A stretch of 55,468 bases of DNA, filler included, from Sluysia triapertura (GCA_046118255.1; 4 parts of 4 records of this genome joined end to end with filler, not necessarily neighbours in it), one strand, 5' to 3'. Counted from the first letter of the whole stretch, positions 13,806-28,613 are shown. Made by a program: numbers and translations. Notes: generated by a model from the sequence alone, not told the origin.

Positions 13806-14587
13806 NTAGGTTAGATAGTGCGTCAGCACTCAGTAATGTTGCTATAGTGTTTGAAGCTGACAAGTTTCTTTTCAATGTACTTTATAGAGTAGTATTTGTG
13901 ATACATTTTATCTTGTAGTTTATTTAAATAAATTATTTGTATTTAATATTGTACAATTTTTATATCTAGTTTGATTTGCACAAAATGATTTGTTTTTAGT
14001 TATTGCACGTGTGTTATATAATTTACTCATGCCAAAAGAACGTAATAATGAGTTTGTCTATAGTAATTACCCAAAATAAAGTACACGTGGACTTCTAGAA
14101 GATAATGACGATGAACAAAAATTTAAGTAATTTTAATTTTTAAAAATGAAAAAAAAGTTTTATAAAAAATTTACCATCGCCAAACAATCAACCGTATGTT
14201 GAATGGTGTATAACTATTATAAACTGCACAAATCGGATTAGTTTATAATTTAATACTTTACTTCTGCTTTAATTTTAATTACAAATATTCTGATGCCGGT
14301 TGCATGCAGTTTAGGATTTATGTTTAGTCACTTATTTCCGATTTCAAGTTGTAAAAGTATAGTCGATGTGTGGGTATAGTATAAAAACGGTTAAATGCTG
14401 TAAACGTGATGAAACTACCAGTTAACTTCTAGTTTCAGCTTCTACTGAGACTAATGAGCTGTGGAAAATTATTATACACAGGCAGCATTATACGCATGAT
14501 TTAATAGTAACTGAAATATACTTAAACATTATTGAATAATCAGTAATAATAAAAATATCAAACGTTTTTTATTTTGAATTAAATTAT

Positions 14588-14750
14588 GTTATATATTTGC
14601 TTTTTTGAAAATTAATTGACAAATGCATATCTCAAATTTTCTAAAAATGCGTATAAACAATTCACACGCACCATTTGATCAGGTAATAAGGTACATTTCT
14701 TCACAAATTTGAGATTGTGCATTTAGCAAAAATGAAGCAAAATACATAAC
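14588..14750. repeat. Imperfect ~60-bp inverted repeat (foldback or MITE remnant)
   Basis: GTTATATATTTGCTT...AAATGCATATCTCAAATTT versus AAATTTGAGATTGTGCATTT...AAGCAAAATACATAAC, with a ~45-nt spacer. Confidence 0.65.
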
Positions 14751-14959
14751 TTGTTCAGATCTGTTCAAGTTACTGTTCATATTTTAATATTTTAATACCG
14801 ATATTTCTTAAGGAAATAATCAAGTTTTTTGAGTTTCTTCAAAAAAATATTTAAGAAAATTTAACTGGAATTTGTCATTGTAAATAATTTCAAGGTAAGA
14901 TGATTTCTTACAGAATACAATAATCACATGTTATTGATAAATTAATTTGTGCTTGTTAG

Positions 14960-16465
14960 ATGTTAGCTGTTCGAAAAAGGATTTATTAAGATGAATTTCT
15001 CAATTATGGATTTACACAGAAAGAAGATAAAGCCCAAATGAAACCACAAAATACTGATTACATAATCTTTTAAAAATAATCAGTTGAAGAAACACTTAGA
15101 AAAATTACATCCAAAATTATCTTCTAAATCAAGAGAATATCGAGAGAATGGTTTTCCAACCGGTTTATTTGATCAACGTTCACCATCAAAAGCTAGCTTT
15201 GAAGTTGGAAAGATTCCATTAAAACAACAGCTGTGAAATTTACAGATATAATGTGTAGTCAAAAAGAAGCTATGAAAATAAAGTTAGTGCATTTGTTTGC
15301 AAGAGGAAAGAAAAAATTTCTGCATTAGCATAAAATGTGAGAGAACAACTAATAGCTTCAGTCAAAAAATAAATACTTTGTTATTTAACTTGATGAGACT
15401 ACATATGTCAGGAGTGCTTCATAAGTGATGGTTTATGTAGGATACAAAGGATTTCAAGTAATTGTTTTGTTTTCTTGAACTACGAACCCCTGGAATTGAG
15501 ATTTTTAACGAGGTTGACAATTACTTCAATTGTCAATTTGAAATGGGAAAATTGCATTGCTGTGCCTGTTGATATTAGCAAGAGAAAACATCCAAAAACT
15601 GAAGTTAACCATTGTATGATTCATTATGAGGCATTGGTTGTGAAATATTTTGAACATACATTGGAAACAGTTATCAAATTCTTCAATACCATCAATACTC
15701 GATTATTGCGTGAATTATGCAAAGAAGGAAAAGCTGAATATACAAATATACTGTATTATACTGAAGTGAGGTGGCTTTCACGTATAAATATCTTGATACG
15801 AGTTTGGAACTTGAAAGTTTCTTAAATGAAAATAAGAATGATTTTGCAGATAATTTAAAAACTCTGTCTGACTGATATTTTAGTGTGAATGTTTTGAACA
15901 AAGAATTACAAGGAAAAGAAGTGACCTTAATTTCATCCAGAGAAGAGATTTCTACATTTATCTCAAAATTTTATATTAGCGACAAAAAGTTCAACAAAAC
16001 AAAATTGCTATCTATCCCAAGTTAGCCTTGTTTTTGGAACATTGTGAAGAAATTACTTTTAATGATGTTAATGAAACAGTTGTAAAACATCTTAACAAAC
16101 GCAAAGAATGAATTCTTGATTAACATACTTCAGTTTGGTTGTTGATCCATTTTAATGTGAAATTGCTGATATACCAGAAGATCCTCAAGGATTGAATCAA
16201 AATCTGAATCACTTATTGAATTTGATAATAAAGTAGATATGTCACAATTATGGATGCCATAACCTGCAAAAGCTTTTAGAATTGTACACGAAGCAACAAT
16301 CTATCTTTGTGAACAGAGTTTTTCTGTTTTAACAAATATCAAATCAATGAAGGAAAATCGTTTGAATGCTGATTGAATGTTTTCAGATTGCTTTAACTTC
16401 ACTATGTTCAGATATTGATGGTATTTCATCTAAACAGAAACAATTTCATTATGCCAAACAATAAA
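14960..16465 (+). mobile_element. Decayed hAT (Charlie/Buster, ZBED5/FAM200-like) transposase
   Basis: Ordered motifs across frameshifts and stops: EFLNYGFT, LDETT, MVYVGY, HCMIHYEALV, ILYYTEVRWLSR, DIFSVNVLNKELQGK, WVVDPF, YLCEQSFSVL. Confidence 0.92.
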
Positions 16466-18536
16466 TGACATAGAGTAACTGTAATTTTGTGAATACATAG
16501 TTGTTCTAAATTAATTTATGATTTATTTATTCACAGTTATTAAAAATTAAAATGATTAAAAGGAGATGGATAATGGTAAAATTACTAAAATCATATAGGG
16601 CTGTGGATGTAAAAGTTACCCGATCATCGTCACAATGAATTTTCTATTGAAAGTATTGTTAAAGAAAACTCTGGTTTAGACTAAATCTTAGAGCTACTTA
16701 AATTATTTTATTATTTAATCTATTATACGCCTTTCTTTCCCAAACAAATTAGAATTATTTAATAAAAATTAACGTTATCTAATAGTTTTTATAATAAGTA
16801 GAAATATTAAGTGCTTCACTCAATTAATAACCTACTTCGAATTCTTTGGCCTTTATTAATTAATTAATCCACGAAACCTTTATTTCTAAGAAAATTAATC
16901 TATAATAATAAATTATTTGGTACTATCTTTTCTCGTTTACAATTATATATGGAATAATCCTTCTGTAAACAATGAAATTGCTCGTAACGAATAAATGTAT
17001 TAAATTAAATCAATATTAGTAAAACCATATCATAGTCGGTATGCAAAGTCTACGATAATACAAAAATAGGTATTATCATTGGTAATTATACAGCAATATA
17101 ATAATAGAACAAAATAAAAATATTAAATATGATAACAATATCCTTAATTATAGCATTGATGTTTTACTCTTAATATTTACATTGTATATTTTGAACAAGA
17201 TTTTATTACTAGTATTAAACCAACATAGAATAGATGATTTTAAGTAATATTTTAATCTTTGAATTAATTAAGGAGAAAATCTAAACTAATAATATCAATT
17301 AGAAGTTAAAGGAACGGTTCGCAAATGAATCATTGGTTTAAAAAGTCGATTTTGATTAAATCCGTTAAAATATTATTGATTATTATATCAATATATCCAA
17401 GGACCGAAGTAATCGCTGTTTAATGTTATTTCAATAAAGGACATTATGACTATTTGTCAAAGTCATATCTTTATTTAATATGCCGAAAAAAATTTTAAAT
17501 TAATATCTCTTTCCAGGTAAACCTTTTTTTCTCTTTAGTTTGATGATATTGTTCCTTATTTTTATATCTATTTTGAAAACGGCTTCGCCCTTTTTGTTGT
17601 TTAGCATCAATTAGGCATCACGCTTTAAACTAGAAATATTATCATTATAAAATATTATTATTCTTGTCATTGGTTATTATTATTATTAGATTATATATAT
17701 TAAGGCGTGAAACCTGATATCAATATAAATAATAACCTTATTGTTATAACTAATGTTTACCGTTGTTGTAACTGTTATGAATGTTTAACTTTAAAATAAG
17801 TTTGGTAACTTTTATTTCATATAAAATTCTATTAATGAAATTGGTTTAATAATCTATGTCTATTGTGGCACAGACATAAGTGAAATTTTTAATAGTTAAT
17901 GTATGTTAAACACCTCAACTTTCTTTAATTAAAATCGAACAATTAATAAATTACAAATTGAAGTGACCGTAAGTAATTAGAACGTTTTAATAGTACATAA
18001 TTTAAAATAAATAATTCTTTAATAAAAAGTTAGCTATTGTATCCTGAATTGATATCTAATTTGTTCCAAAATTATCTTGATAGTACCCACATTGATTTTA
18101 TCCCACATTGATTTTTAATAATGTTCTAAATTAATAATATTCTAAGACACTTTCCATTATTCGAAGTGTATTTTCAATAAAATTAATGTTTCAAACTACT
18201 TTCCAATAATAAATCATATCATCAATAATATTCCTATACTTTTGTAGGAATGCACATTGTAAACTTTCTATACAACAATTTCAAAATAAAAATATTTTAA
18301 ATAAATCTTGAACATTATAAATATTGTTAAGAAGTGTAAGATTAATATTACATTGACTTAAGTAAACAGAAATATCCGCATCAAACCATCCTACCTTCTC
18401 CAGCGTTTGAGTTGGGAGTGGATATCTATTTTTCTGGTTTACTCAAGCTCGCTTTATTAAATTTGGTGTAGATTTTTCTGATTAGTGCTAATTAAGTGAA
18501 AAGGATTTTTTAGCTTTTGATGTATATGATGTTTGT

Positions 18537-18614
18537 TGTATTTGCACATGCACCGAGCTTATTCTACTTACGCATGCATGGAGCTTATTGTATTTGTACA
18601 TGTGTAGAACTTAA
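18537..18614. repeat. Three diverged ~26-bp tandem units (TGTATTTGCACATGCA..GAGCTTAT)
   Basis: Directly visible. Confidence 0.7.
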
Positions 18615-20277
18615 AGTAGTGCATTGTTTTTATTATTAGTCGATTTTAATTGTCAGTATAAGAAAAGTGAGTCGCGCGTCACTACAGCATTATGATCTGC
18701 TATCACTTAATCTGACAATCAATCATACTTAGACACTTTATATAAGAATGTGATACTTCCATGTTCAACTTTTATTTAATGATCGCAATTTACATACTCA
18801 AATACGTACCAAATCTTATAGTGATGACGATTACATTGTTTAAGAATTATATGATCGTCTGAAGAAATCCCACCTCCGAACAATACCAATCAAATCTTGT
18901 AATGATGTTGACATTTATTAAAAATTACTAAATAATAACATAAAATCATCAACATCACAAAACCTATATAATTGATACTATGGAATATAAAAAGCATGAG
19001 TTATCATTATTTGAACATTAATAATATTATGAGCACGTAAATATGTTAAATCTGAAAATTTTGTTATAAAATTTGATATGAAACCCAACCACTACCTAAC
19101 TTTGCCCATATGCGTACCTTTTCTTTTATTGAAACTGTCATTATCGTAAAGGATAGCTTATTAACTTATATATCATTCTTTAATTTCAACATCTTTACTA
19201 AACTTGATCTTAGTTCCTGCTGGCTTGCAATGCTTCCTAATTTATTTTTAATTTATCTTAACTTAATTACCATTTCGCGTGGAAAAGTACTGATTTATAT
19301 TTTGGTGGATTTTACTTTAATCACTTTGTAAATGGATTAATTAATTCCATCTTCAACATTATATTTTCATGCATAATAATTTAATAAAAATAATTACTTT
19401 TGTATATCTTGTTATTACTTTTACTTATATTTTAGGCCTCGTTTGACATAATCAAATAATCTAAAAATTAATTTAATAAAGAAATCAAAATTACTTTATG
19501 TATTTTTGATTTTTGAAATATCTATTTCTTCGACCACTTTCCAAAAATTAAATTGTGACCTACATGTTTATCTGCTTGCATTTCTTCGGTTACTTCATAT
19601 TTAAATATTAATTGCATTAATAATAAAAACTTACTTCAGGACATATAAAATAATTGCGTCCGAAACATTCATACATATTATAAAGTGACTTTGTTGTTCT
19701 CTATAAATTAATATTAAAAAGCTTGTGATAAATGATCAGTTATTTTTTGTTGAATACGTTTATAATATTCAAGATCCAATAAAAATAAAATAATATCTAA
19801 CTAAAACAAATATGTTAGCGTCTTTGTTTTTGGTTAATTTTATCAATAATGCACTATTTACTATTGTAAATAGTATATAATTCATAATTGATTTTAAAGT
19901 AATTTTGATGGCAAAACTTTCTTCCCGTGGAGGTAGGAGTAGTTTCGCACATAAATTTCTATTTACTTACTTTGTAGTACCTAAATATCTGGGAATATTT
20001 GTTACAACTAAAAGAATCGGTTAAGAAACTCAAAACCATCTTAATAAACATAAAAAAGCATCAATAAATATCAAAAAAGATGCCAAAAACGAACTAAGAA
20101 ATGTAAATGAAGGCGATATAACATTTAAATAATATCTAGGAAACATTATGGATTGAAAGCAGTGGTCAAAAAACTTGAGAAATCTGCCAAAAAGTGAATA
20201 CTAAGAGACACAAACATGTACTAACTAGTAAGGCGGGTATAAATAAGTACTTAGTGCGAAAAATAATATATGTTAAA

Positions 20278-20377
20278 NNNNNNNNNNNNNNNNNNNNNNN
20301 NNNNNNNNNNNNNNNNNNNNNTTAATTAATTAANNNNNNNNNNNNNNNNNNNNNNNNNNNNNNNNNNNNNNNNNNNN
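20278..20377. other. Artificial contig spacer (44 N + TTAATTAATTAA + 44 N)
   Basis: The same 100-bp structure recurs at 32034 and 44261. Confidence 0.97.
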
Positions 20378-22557
20378 TAGTTTCATTACGTGAAAGCATA
20401 TAGATTTTTCTAATTTAGTTGTAATACATAATACCAATATTAACAAAGTGTTGATTAACACATTTAACTTCTATTTATTTGATAAATCCTAAGTTTTATA
20501 CAGTTCTTTTCTTAAGGGATACGACTTAAGCAACCTTACTCTAGTTCCTGTTCTCAAATTAATCACTGATGCTCGGTTTTCTTTTTCTAATCCAACAATT
20601 GTTTGTTATGAATCTTTAATTACCTGGCTTCCATTAGTTCTTTTGAAGGTTCTATTCCATTGTCATCATCTATAAATATTTTCTTTATTCGACTCCATAC
20701 ACTCCTTTTGCTAATATATTTCTAAAATTTTAACCAAGACTTCGTAATGATTAGCATTATTATTTTCAATGGATTTACTAAAATCATATTTCTTTTCAAC
20801 TTCGAAATACAATAGAAATTGTAGTAGTAATAGAACAATAAAGATAGTTGCATAAAGTATACGAAGGGCTATGCTTAAGGAAGCCCCTAAATTCGTACAT
20901 AGCATTATGATTATTATAAAGAATATTTTGAAAGTTTACAAAAATGTTTATAGATTTACATTAACTAAAATCATTATGCTAACGTATATTTTTAAAAAAT
21001 ATCGAGAATTTAGTATTGTTACGCATACTAAGACATTTTCAGAAATACACTTAAGACATTATTAATGACATGTTAATAATGGGAATTTTAATAAAATATT
21101 TTGAAATACAACTCAAATTATCTAATGGTTCATTGCGTCCGGATTTTATTCAAGTTATGTTCAATTATATTTTTAAATATAGCCTTATCATAATTGAGCA
21201 TTAATAATCGTTGCCCAAAACATATGTTTTGTAAAGTTATTGTCAATCTTAAGAGGTATAAGTTTAATATTTATTTCAGTTAGAGCCTTAAACACAACCT
21301 TGATTTATTTGTTGTTAAAATATCACATAAATAAAGTCCTATTTTAAATAAGGGATTATTAAATTTCATAGTTACAAATTGATTGTTACATATTTTTCAA
21401 AATCATTTTAAAGATGTTTGTAAAAATTCACATTTTCCAAGAACTATTTTAAAGAATGACAAACTATTATTTAACTCTCAACTAATCTTGTGAAAACAAG
21501 AAATACAGATATATTTAACGAGTCGGAGACTCAAACCCAATCTATTCGAATTATAATTTTAATAATCAATAGTAATTATTAATAACAGTAATTATTTGTT
21601 GAGTTTAACAGTATCTTAAGTACATAAATTGACCTCTATAAATTTTTGTAGCTCAGTTTTATTAAAATCTTTATTAGTCTTAAACTAGTATCATTGATAT
21701 TAATTTTCTTTCATGATTGGAAATTAATGCATATTTAGCAAAAACCACATATATATTTTATATTTTATTTTTAAGATATTCAACAACTTATCAAAACAAT
21801 AGGCACCACCTGTCCACCACCTGTCTCGGTAGAGAAAGAAGTTACTCCGCTTTCAGAAGATTAATTTTAGATATTGAAAAACAGTTAAATAGCGATCTTT
21901 GTTTATTTGGTCGCGAATATAAAAACAGTGACGACGATCAAAATTGCTGATCCGGAGAGAAAGACAAAACATAATTTTTATGATTTAATTTTTAATTTCA
22001 GACTTTATGATATCATTTTGTATGCCATTAACTGACCTACAGTTGGCAAAATTGTTTAACACAGTTCCTGAGTTTGACTATTGTCAACTTCAAGAACTCG
22101 ATTCATCATAGGAAGAGTTTAACTCTTCAAATCCAACTCAGGACATTTGCTCATCACAATATTCAAATGTTGTAGAATTATAAGTGCGATTTGAATTAGT
22201 TCTGGTATATTAACAACAGGGATAAGTTTTGGCAGCAGGTATTTGGAAAACTCAACTTCGTACATAAATCAGCGACTTGAAGAACTGTCAGTAAAACAAA
22301 AGGTACCAAATTGCTGCTTTTCAATTACAGATTAACTGTGGTAACACTCAGTGTAAATTGATTGCTTGGGCATTGGCATAACAGTTTTCGGTAGTGATTT
22401 ATAAAATTGGGATCGAGTTTGAAAAGTTGATACAACATAATCGATGGAATATGGAATCTTGCTAAGTTGTAGTGCATCTAATCGCAAACTACTTTCGTAA
22501 TCGAGAAGTAACTTAAGATATTTCTGAAAATTTTCCGGTGAATATTGAAATTTCTTA

Positions 22558-22911
22558 ATGTCAAATTAAAAAAAGAATTCAACAGAGTCGATTACAAATA
22601 ACTCGACATCAACCAGTGAAATTATTAGGAGTGACGGAGATAAAACAAGAATATTCTCTAAAAGAAATATCACGCAATTTGATGTTAACATGACGCCATT
22701 AATCCGATCAGACTTGGACGACAAATTACGATTAGTGAAGTCCGGCTTGTGTTTGTATACTACTCGAAATGGAAAATGTGTAATGTATGGCAACAACTGT
22801 CGGTATGTACACAATGCAACCGAATTCTCAGACAAAATCACTTGGACTTCGAACTTAGTGGATCATATGTATAGAATAAAGCAATTGATATCATCATTGA
22901 ACACAAATTAA
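22558..22911 (+). pseudogene. CCCH zinc-finger (TIS11/ZFP36-like) gene fragment or pseudogene
   Basis: KSGLCLYTTRNGKCVMYGNNCRYVH is C-x8-C-x6-C-x3-H with the K..LC lead-in and G.C.YG..C.Y.H pattern. The frame is open from 22570. An in-frame ATG at 22558 is followed by TAA at codon 4. Confidence 0.6.
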
Positions 22912-23464
22912 CTCAATACAAACGGTCATCACGATTTAAAAGTAATTGTTAATTATAACTTGATTATTAACTTTATTGGTAACATTGAAACATATTTACA
23001 TTTTATTTTTTTAGAATCTCCTACCAAGTGGATCGAACACAAACTCGGGATGACACAACCAAAATAAGAACATTAAAACCAAATGTTTTTCTTTTAATTT
23101 ATCCTAATAAAACTTATGTACAAATTTTCGTGTTTTATAATATCAAATTTCGAATAAATAATAATAAAAAGGTTAAAGAATTCATGTTTTTACAATTTAT
23201 ACAATTTTATCCTTTAAATAATAAGTTAAAATTCAAATTTTTAAATAACATAAACCATTTCTTAACACCACAACTATAATATTAATAATTGAGTTAAAAT
23301 TGTAGTTTTAGTTTAGGTTGATGGGTCATAAGATTATTGAAGATATAAATATGAAATAATGGGAGTAGTTGTACACAATTGTTTGTGTTGCTATTGTACG
23401 TACATTAGATGGTTTAAAGTACTTTAAAAGTACATTGTGTATAAGTATGATCAATTAAGTTTTA

Positions 23465-23620
23465 AGAACGAAAGAGGCATCGACATTTCATGCTGCTTTG
23501 TTATTACAAAAGTTTCATCTCATAACAAGAGCAATACGAATTGATAAATCCACTTATATTCAACGGAGAGAAACTGACAAATTAGCAGCAATACGAGAAT
23601 TGCAGGACAAATGGGTAAAA
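23465..23620 (+). mobile_element. piggyBac (PGBD4-like) transposase fragment
   Basis: TFHAALLLQKFHLITRAIRIDKSTYIQRRETDKLAAIRELQDKWV resembles the piggyBac motif FRATMS..RF..I...IRFDD...R..RR..DKLAAIR..WD.WV. Confidence 0.85.
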
Positions 23621-25389
23621 TTTTATATATTTCATTTCGACAGTTCTACATGACTCTCTGTGATTGTAAAAATTCATATTGTTATAATGTAAGTAAATTA
23701 AAATGATACATTTAGATATATAATTGATATATCAATACATATTCAGGATGAAAAGAAAGTTTGTTTGCAAAGAGACATATTCTCGTACAACCCCTCATAC
23801 TGAAAGTAGCCAATACCTTCTTAAAAGCAAACATGTTGCAGATCATGCGACCAATGTGCTAATTAGAATCAAGTATTAAAATTTCTACAAAAATCACATG
23901 GATGAGAAACAATTATTTTATTGTTGTCATTATTGCAATTGATAAATATTTTATTAATATATTTAATGTTATGTATTTTTCAAAGTCTGATATTTTTAGA
24001 TCAATTAATAAATTGCTACTTCATGTATTTTGGTTTCGAAAAACAGACCGAATTAATGTGATTATTGTCGAATATGGTAGAAGAATAAATTAATGTAACT
24101 AAATAATCAAATATCTTCTAATGATAATAACAACCCATTAGATGCTTAAGGATATCAGAAAGTGATACCTTTGATAAGATTTTTGTAATAATAATAAACC
24201 AAAAATAATAATAATAATAATACTTTAAGTACTATTTAATTATTTAAGTTAAAAATAACAGCGAATCATAACATAAAACTACGTAAGGTCATGAGTAAAT
24301 AATCAGTATAAATAGAATACTTAATTGTTACACAACTCACAATTTCAAAAACTGAATTTGATCAACGCACAAAGTTTGAATTATTTATAAATTTTTAATT
24401 GTTTGATCGGACGAAATTTTCATCAATTATTACAATATTTCTACATTGGTGGTTTAATATGAATATTCGAATATTGCTTTCGAATGTGAATTATATTAAT
24501 TATATAGATTATTCCGAACTACTATTAGTTAATTAACCGTTAGTTTTCTACATTAAGACACATTTTATTGCGCAGTAAATTCTTACTAAAATTTAATTAT
24601 TTAAACTATTCAAGACGATGTACAAGTCTATTAACTAAGAATTTTGTAATTGTTACCTTGCTAATCGAATATTAAAACTTTTAATAATGTAATGTAGCAA
24701 TTTCATATTAAATTACACTAGAAATTCTTGTATCTAAAGTTTTGTATCGAGTTTTAAATATTACATTTGAAATTCCCATGAATAAAACCGAGTTCAATAT
24801 TGACCAAACAATTACGAAGTAAATTCCATGACATCGTACTTTTCGAAAATCGATCTTTACAGCATTGATTAATTTTATTTTATAAGAATAAAAGAAAGAG
24901 CGGAACATCACCATTAATTTATATAGTTTTAAATCAATAAAATTTGTCGCTTAATTATTAAAAATCCGATTATAATTCGGTAGAAAATTTAATTTATTTC
25001 AGGGGAAATCTAATAAAGCTAACCTCGCTGCAAAAAGCGGAAATTAAATCATCTATGAAAGTCTAACTCAGAAAATTAAGTCATTCATTAAGCAACTTAG
25101 CCAATAAATTAAAGTGCTTATAAAGCTAATCGATTTAACACCAAATCGAAAGTTACATATAATTAGTTTAAATATAATAGCTTATCCAAAATGCTTGTTT
25201 CTGTTATAAAAAAAGATTGACTAATACGGTTTAGTAACATTAAATATATTATATGATTAAATAAATTGTACGATTAGTGAAATTTTTAAAGATATTTAAT
25301 TTACTCTTTCGATCCAATTTCCAACGATGCATTATTAATCCGCCGACGAATATTCCAAAAGCACCGGCAGGAACGATTAGGGCACCTGA

Positions 25390-25391
<2 letters not shown>

Positions 25392-25453
<62 letters not shown>

Positions 25454-25463
25454 GTAATAATAA
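25392..25463. repeat. (AAT)n microsatellite
   Basis: Directly visible. Confidence 0.95.
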
Positions 25464-26940
25464 TGTCGTGAGAAAGATAGATCGAGTATTTTATAACTAT
25501 ATTGTAAAATTACAAAAATCACTATTTTCAATTGGTTCGTATTTGGTGTGTATAGTAATTTCGAATCATCTTCATGGAAATGAATTTTCTACCCCGTTCG
25601 TCTAACCTAATCCCATTAAATGATTGGTTTAGGCAGTATCTTAGATTTCGAATTTTGAGTGCAACAACGTACCAATAACAATACAATACCGAAAAATACT
25701 AAAGAAAATATCAAGTCGTAGAGGTTTTGTAATATATTAAAGGTAAAATAAAATCAATACAACAATATAATAAATAAATAAATAAATAAAAATACAAAGT
25801 ACTATTATTGTTGATTAATAGAAAACAGTATATAAAAACAACGAACAACAAAAGGAAAAGATTTTTAGAAGAAAGTTGGATAGATATTAAGAATTTAAAA
25901 TGGTTAAAAACCGAATTAGACAGCCAAATATTTTAAAGAAAGTGGGAAAAGTTGAACAAATATTTTAATCGAAGGACCAATATCCGAACAGTTGAATCTT
26001 AATCCGATATATTGATAATCGAATATTCAAATATTTTAATAACGGACACAAATTTCGAACGTTTCCATTTAATAAGGTAAAAAATAGTCTGTCTTAATAA
26101 AAAATTTGAAAAATCTAAAATCAATTCTTATTATTGATTATTTTAATTGACAAATATCAAGTAAAATTTCATTGTTATAAATAAACATTGCGTTGTTTTA
26201 TCTTTCGTTAATTTAGTATAGTCTCCAAAAGAAAAATACAAATTACATTATAATCGAAAATATTCGTTATTTACTAAGTAAACTAAATTCTTTTTCTTTT
26301 AAACAGAACAAAGACTTACTTTCGCATTTCCATTTCAGATGAGCGAAACGAGTATCTAATATCACACTTCTAGATAGAATAAATCTGAAGTATAATATTA
26401 CTTATAAAGCGAGATAAGGTAAAATAATTACTAAACGAAGTTAAGTTGCTGTTGACGAATAATAATTTATATAAGTAAAGATATATTTAGTGTATATTAG
26501 CTAAAGTAATTCAAATAATAACATTTTGTACACTTTACAATTGTAGAAGGAAATTTAAAACTTTATCGAGAATAATAATTTAAAAAGAGACCTGCATTAA
26601 TTTCACCCAGACATGCGAAAGCTATCAATGAAAGAGTGCGTTCAAAGATATTTAATTTTTATAAAGAATTATCTTAAACAATAAAATTATAAATTTTACA
26701 TAATCATAAAAGCCAGCATTATAATAACTTGTTATATACATCACCTTATCCTTAACAATTTTGCTTTCCAGGCATCTGTTTTATCTATTGTCAAAGTGCG
26801 AAGTTTGATAAAGATGTGTAACACTTGTTAAAATTGATTATATTTAAAACCTAATAATAATAATGATAATGATAATAATAATAAATAATGTTAATAAATA
26901 ATGATTATATAATTTTAATAAAAAAATAATAACAATGACA
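25464..26940 (-). mobile_element. Candidate ~1.5-kb solo LTR
   Basis: Begins TGTCGTG and ends ATGACA (short inverted termini), with ATAA on both sides. Minus-strand TATATAAA at ~26466-26473. The TSD is low-complexity, so support is limited. Confidence 0.4.
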
Positions 26941-27927
26941 ATAATTACTTTATAAGTAATATAATAAATAGTAAAAATTACGCCCACATATCGGGATTTA
27001 TCAGAAATAACGTCGTAGTACAAATTAAATGTAAATTATTTTACTATCTTAAACAGCCTCTCATATTTTAATCAATAATATAAAATAACACAGATAACGT
27101 AAGATAATGTCGATAAAGTTGGTGAAATGAACGATTTTTTAGATGAAAGGTTTGAATCAGAAATATTAAAGGAGCATAATAGATGTTTATTTAAATTTAT
27201 TAAAATTAAATTTGTTTACGGTTAGTCTTGTAATTCTTAGACTTATTTTTTAATCAAATAATAACTATTGCATATTTAATGTTGTCTTTGTTCACTTGTT
27301 ACTTAAATTAAGTAAAAAATAAAGGTTTAATAAAAACTATAAATTCTATCGACGAAATAATAAAATTACCAAAGTTATTCGTAAATTTTAATCAAATAAT
27401 ATTCTTTACTAAAATTAACAACTCTTAAATTATTCAAACACATTCAATACTTTGTTCGACAGATTCAAACAGTCTATTTGAAAAAATTATGGTTATAATT
27501 AAATAAAATTCAAATTCTTTTTCAAATTTATTAATAATGATAGAAAGGTATTGTCAAATATTTTAACGAAAACCCACACGTAATTAATTAATTTTTAAAT
27601 TATTTAATTCTAGACATTATTTAAAACTTATTATCAAGTAAAATAAATTGTCAATCCGCTATTTTACTCGAACCAAATCCAATGATCTACTCGAATTTCG
27701 AATCTTCATGTCTGACAATGTAAAAGCAAGAATTTATCTGTCTTCTAAAACGAGTTCTTCCTATAATCAATTTCGTTAATCTATTTTGCTCTACTATAAA
27801 AGACTACTACTTACCTTACAAATGATACATCTCATTTAATGTAAATATTTAAGAATTTTGTCTTTTCTTGATTATTTTGTTACGAATAATTCATGTAAAT
27901 GACCGAATTAAAACATATCGAACTTAA

Positions 27928-28613
27928 AAGTAACCGAACCGCAAGCTTAAATAAAAATAAAAAACTTAAAAACGACAAATATAATTTCTTCTTTGATGTC
28001 ATTTTATGTGTTATTCATTTCCTTCTTATTGATTTTATTGATTTTTGTCCAGCATGCGCTTATGGGCCCTCATTCTGAAAAATGAGGACGAAGGAATGAA
28101 TGGACATGTTAATAGACACAATTGTGTTTATTGGGAGTGAGAACCCATCGCACTATCGAAACTGAAGTCAGTGTTCCTGGAGTCACAGTCTGGGTTGGCC
28201 CATTCTTCTTTGAAGGAATAATGAACTTGATATGCTGAAAACTAAAATGTTTCCTATTGTTAATGAGTTCCTCCACTTCGGTTATCTTCGTTTTCAACAA
28301 GATGGAGCACATGCGCACTACAGCAAAGATGTTCTATGACCTGATCTGACACCGCCTAATTTTTTCTATGCGGGGTTCTAAAGAACACAGTTTACACTAA
28401 AAATCCCAGGATAATTGATCAACTAAAACAAAGTATTCAGCACGAATGGAACCAAAATTCAAAGAAAACTTGCCAGAAAGTATGTCGCAGTGTTGTCAGA
28501 AGATGTCGTGTTTGTATTGTAATTCAAGGTGGATATTTTGAATATTTGTAAATACTAAATATACCTATTAAATTTGTCGTTTTTTGATATCTAATTTTAT
28601 TTAAGTTTGCGTT
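27928..28613 (+). mobile_element. Internally deleted Tc1/mariner-superfamily element (rosa/DD41D-like), copy 1
   Basis: GPFFFEG, FQQDGAHAHY, PDLTPPNFF, VYTKNPRIIDQLKQSI, CRVCIVIQGGYFEYL*. Long subterminal inverted repeats (AAAAACGACAAAT / ATTTGTCGTTTTT). Confidence 0.88.

Noticed and set aside
17611-17717. 18-bp imperfect inverted repeat
   Set aside because: Short (14/18), no TSD, and no second copy in the window.
18755-19010. Gypsy integrase C-terminal remnant (QLLF...DDYI..ELYDRLKKSH)
   Set aside because: Too short and too degraded to support.
19600-20010. Third inverted copy of the long LTR (GTGGAGGTA..AGTAGTTTCG versus reverse complement of 39466-39495)
   Set aside because: Similarity is patchy and could arise by chance in AT-rich DNA. 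It needs a real alignment.
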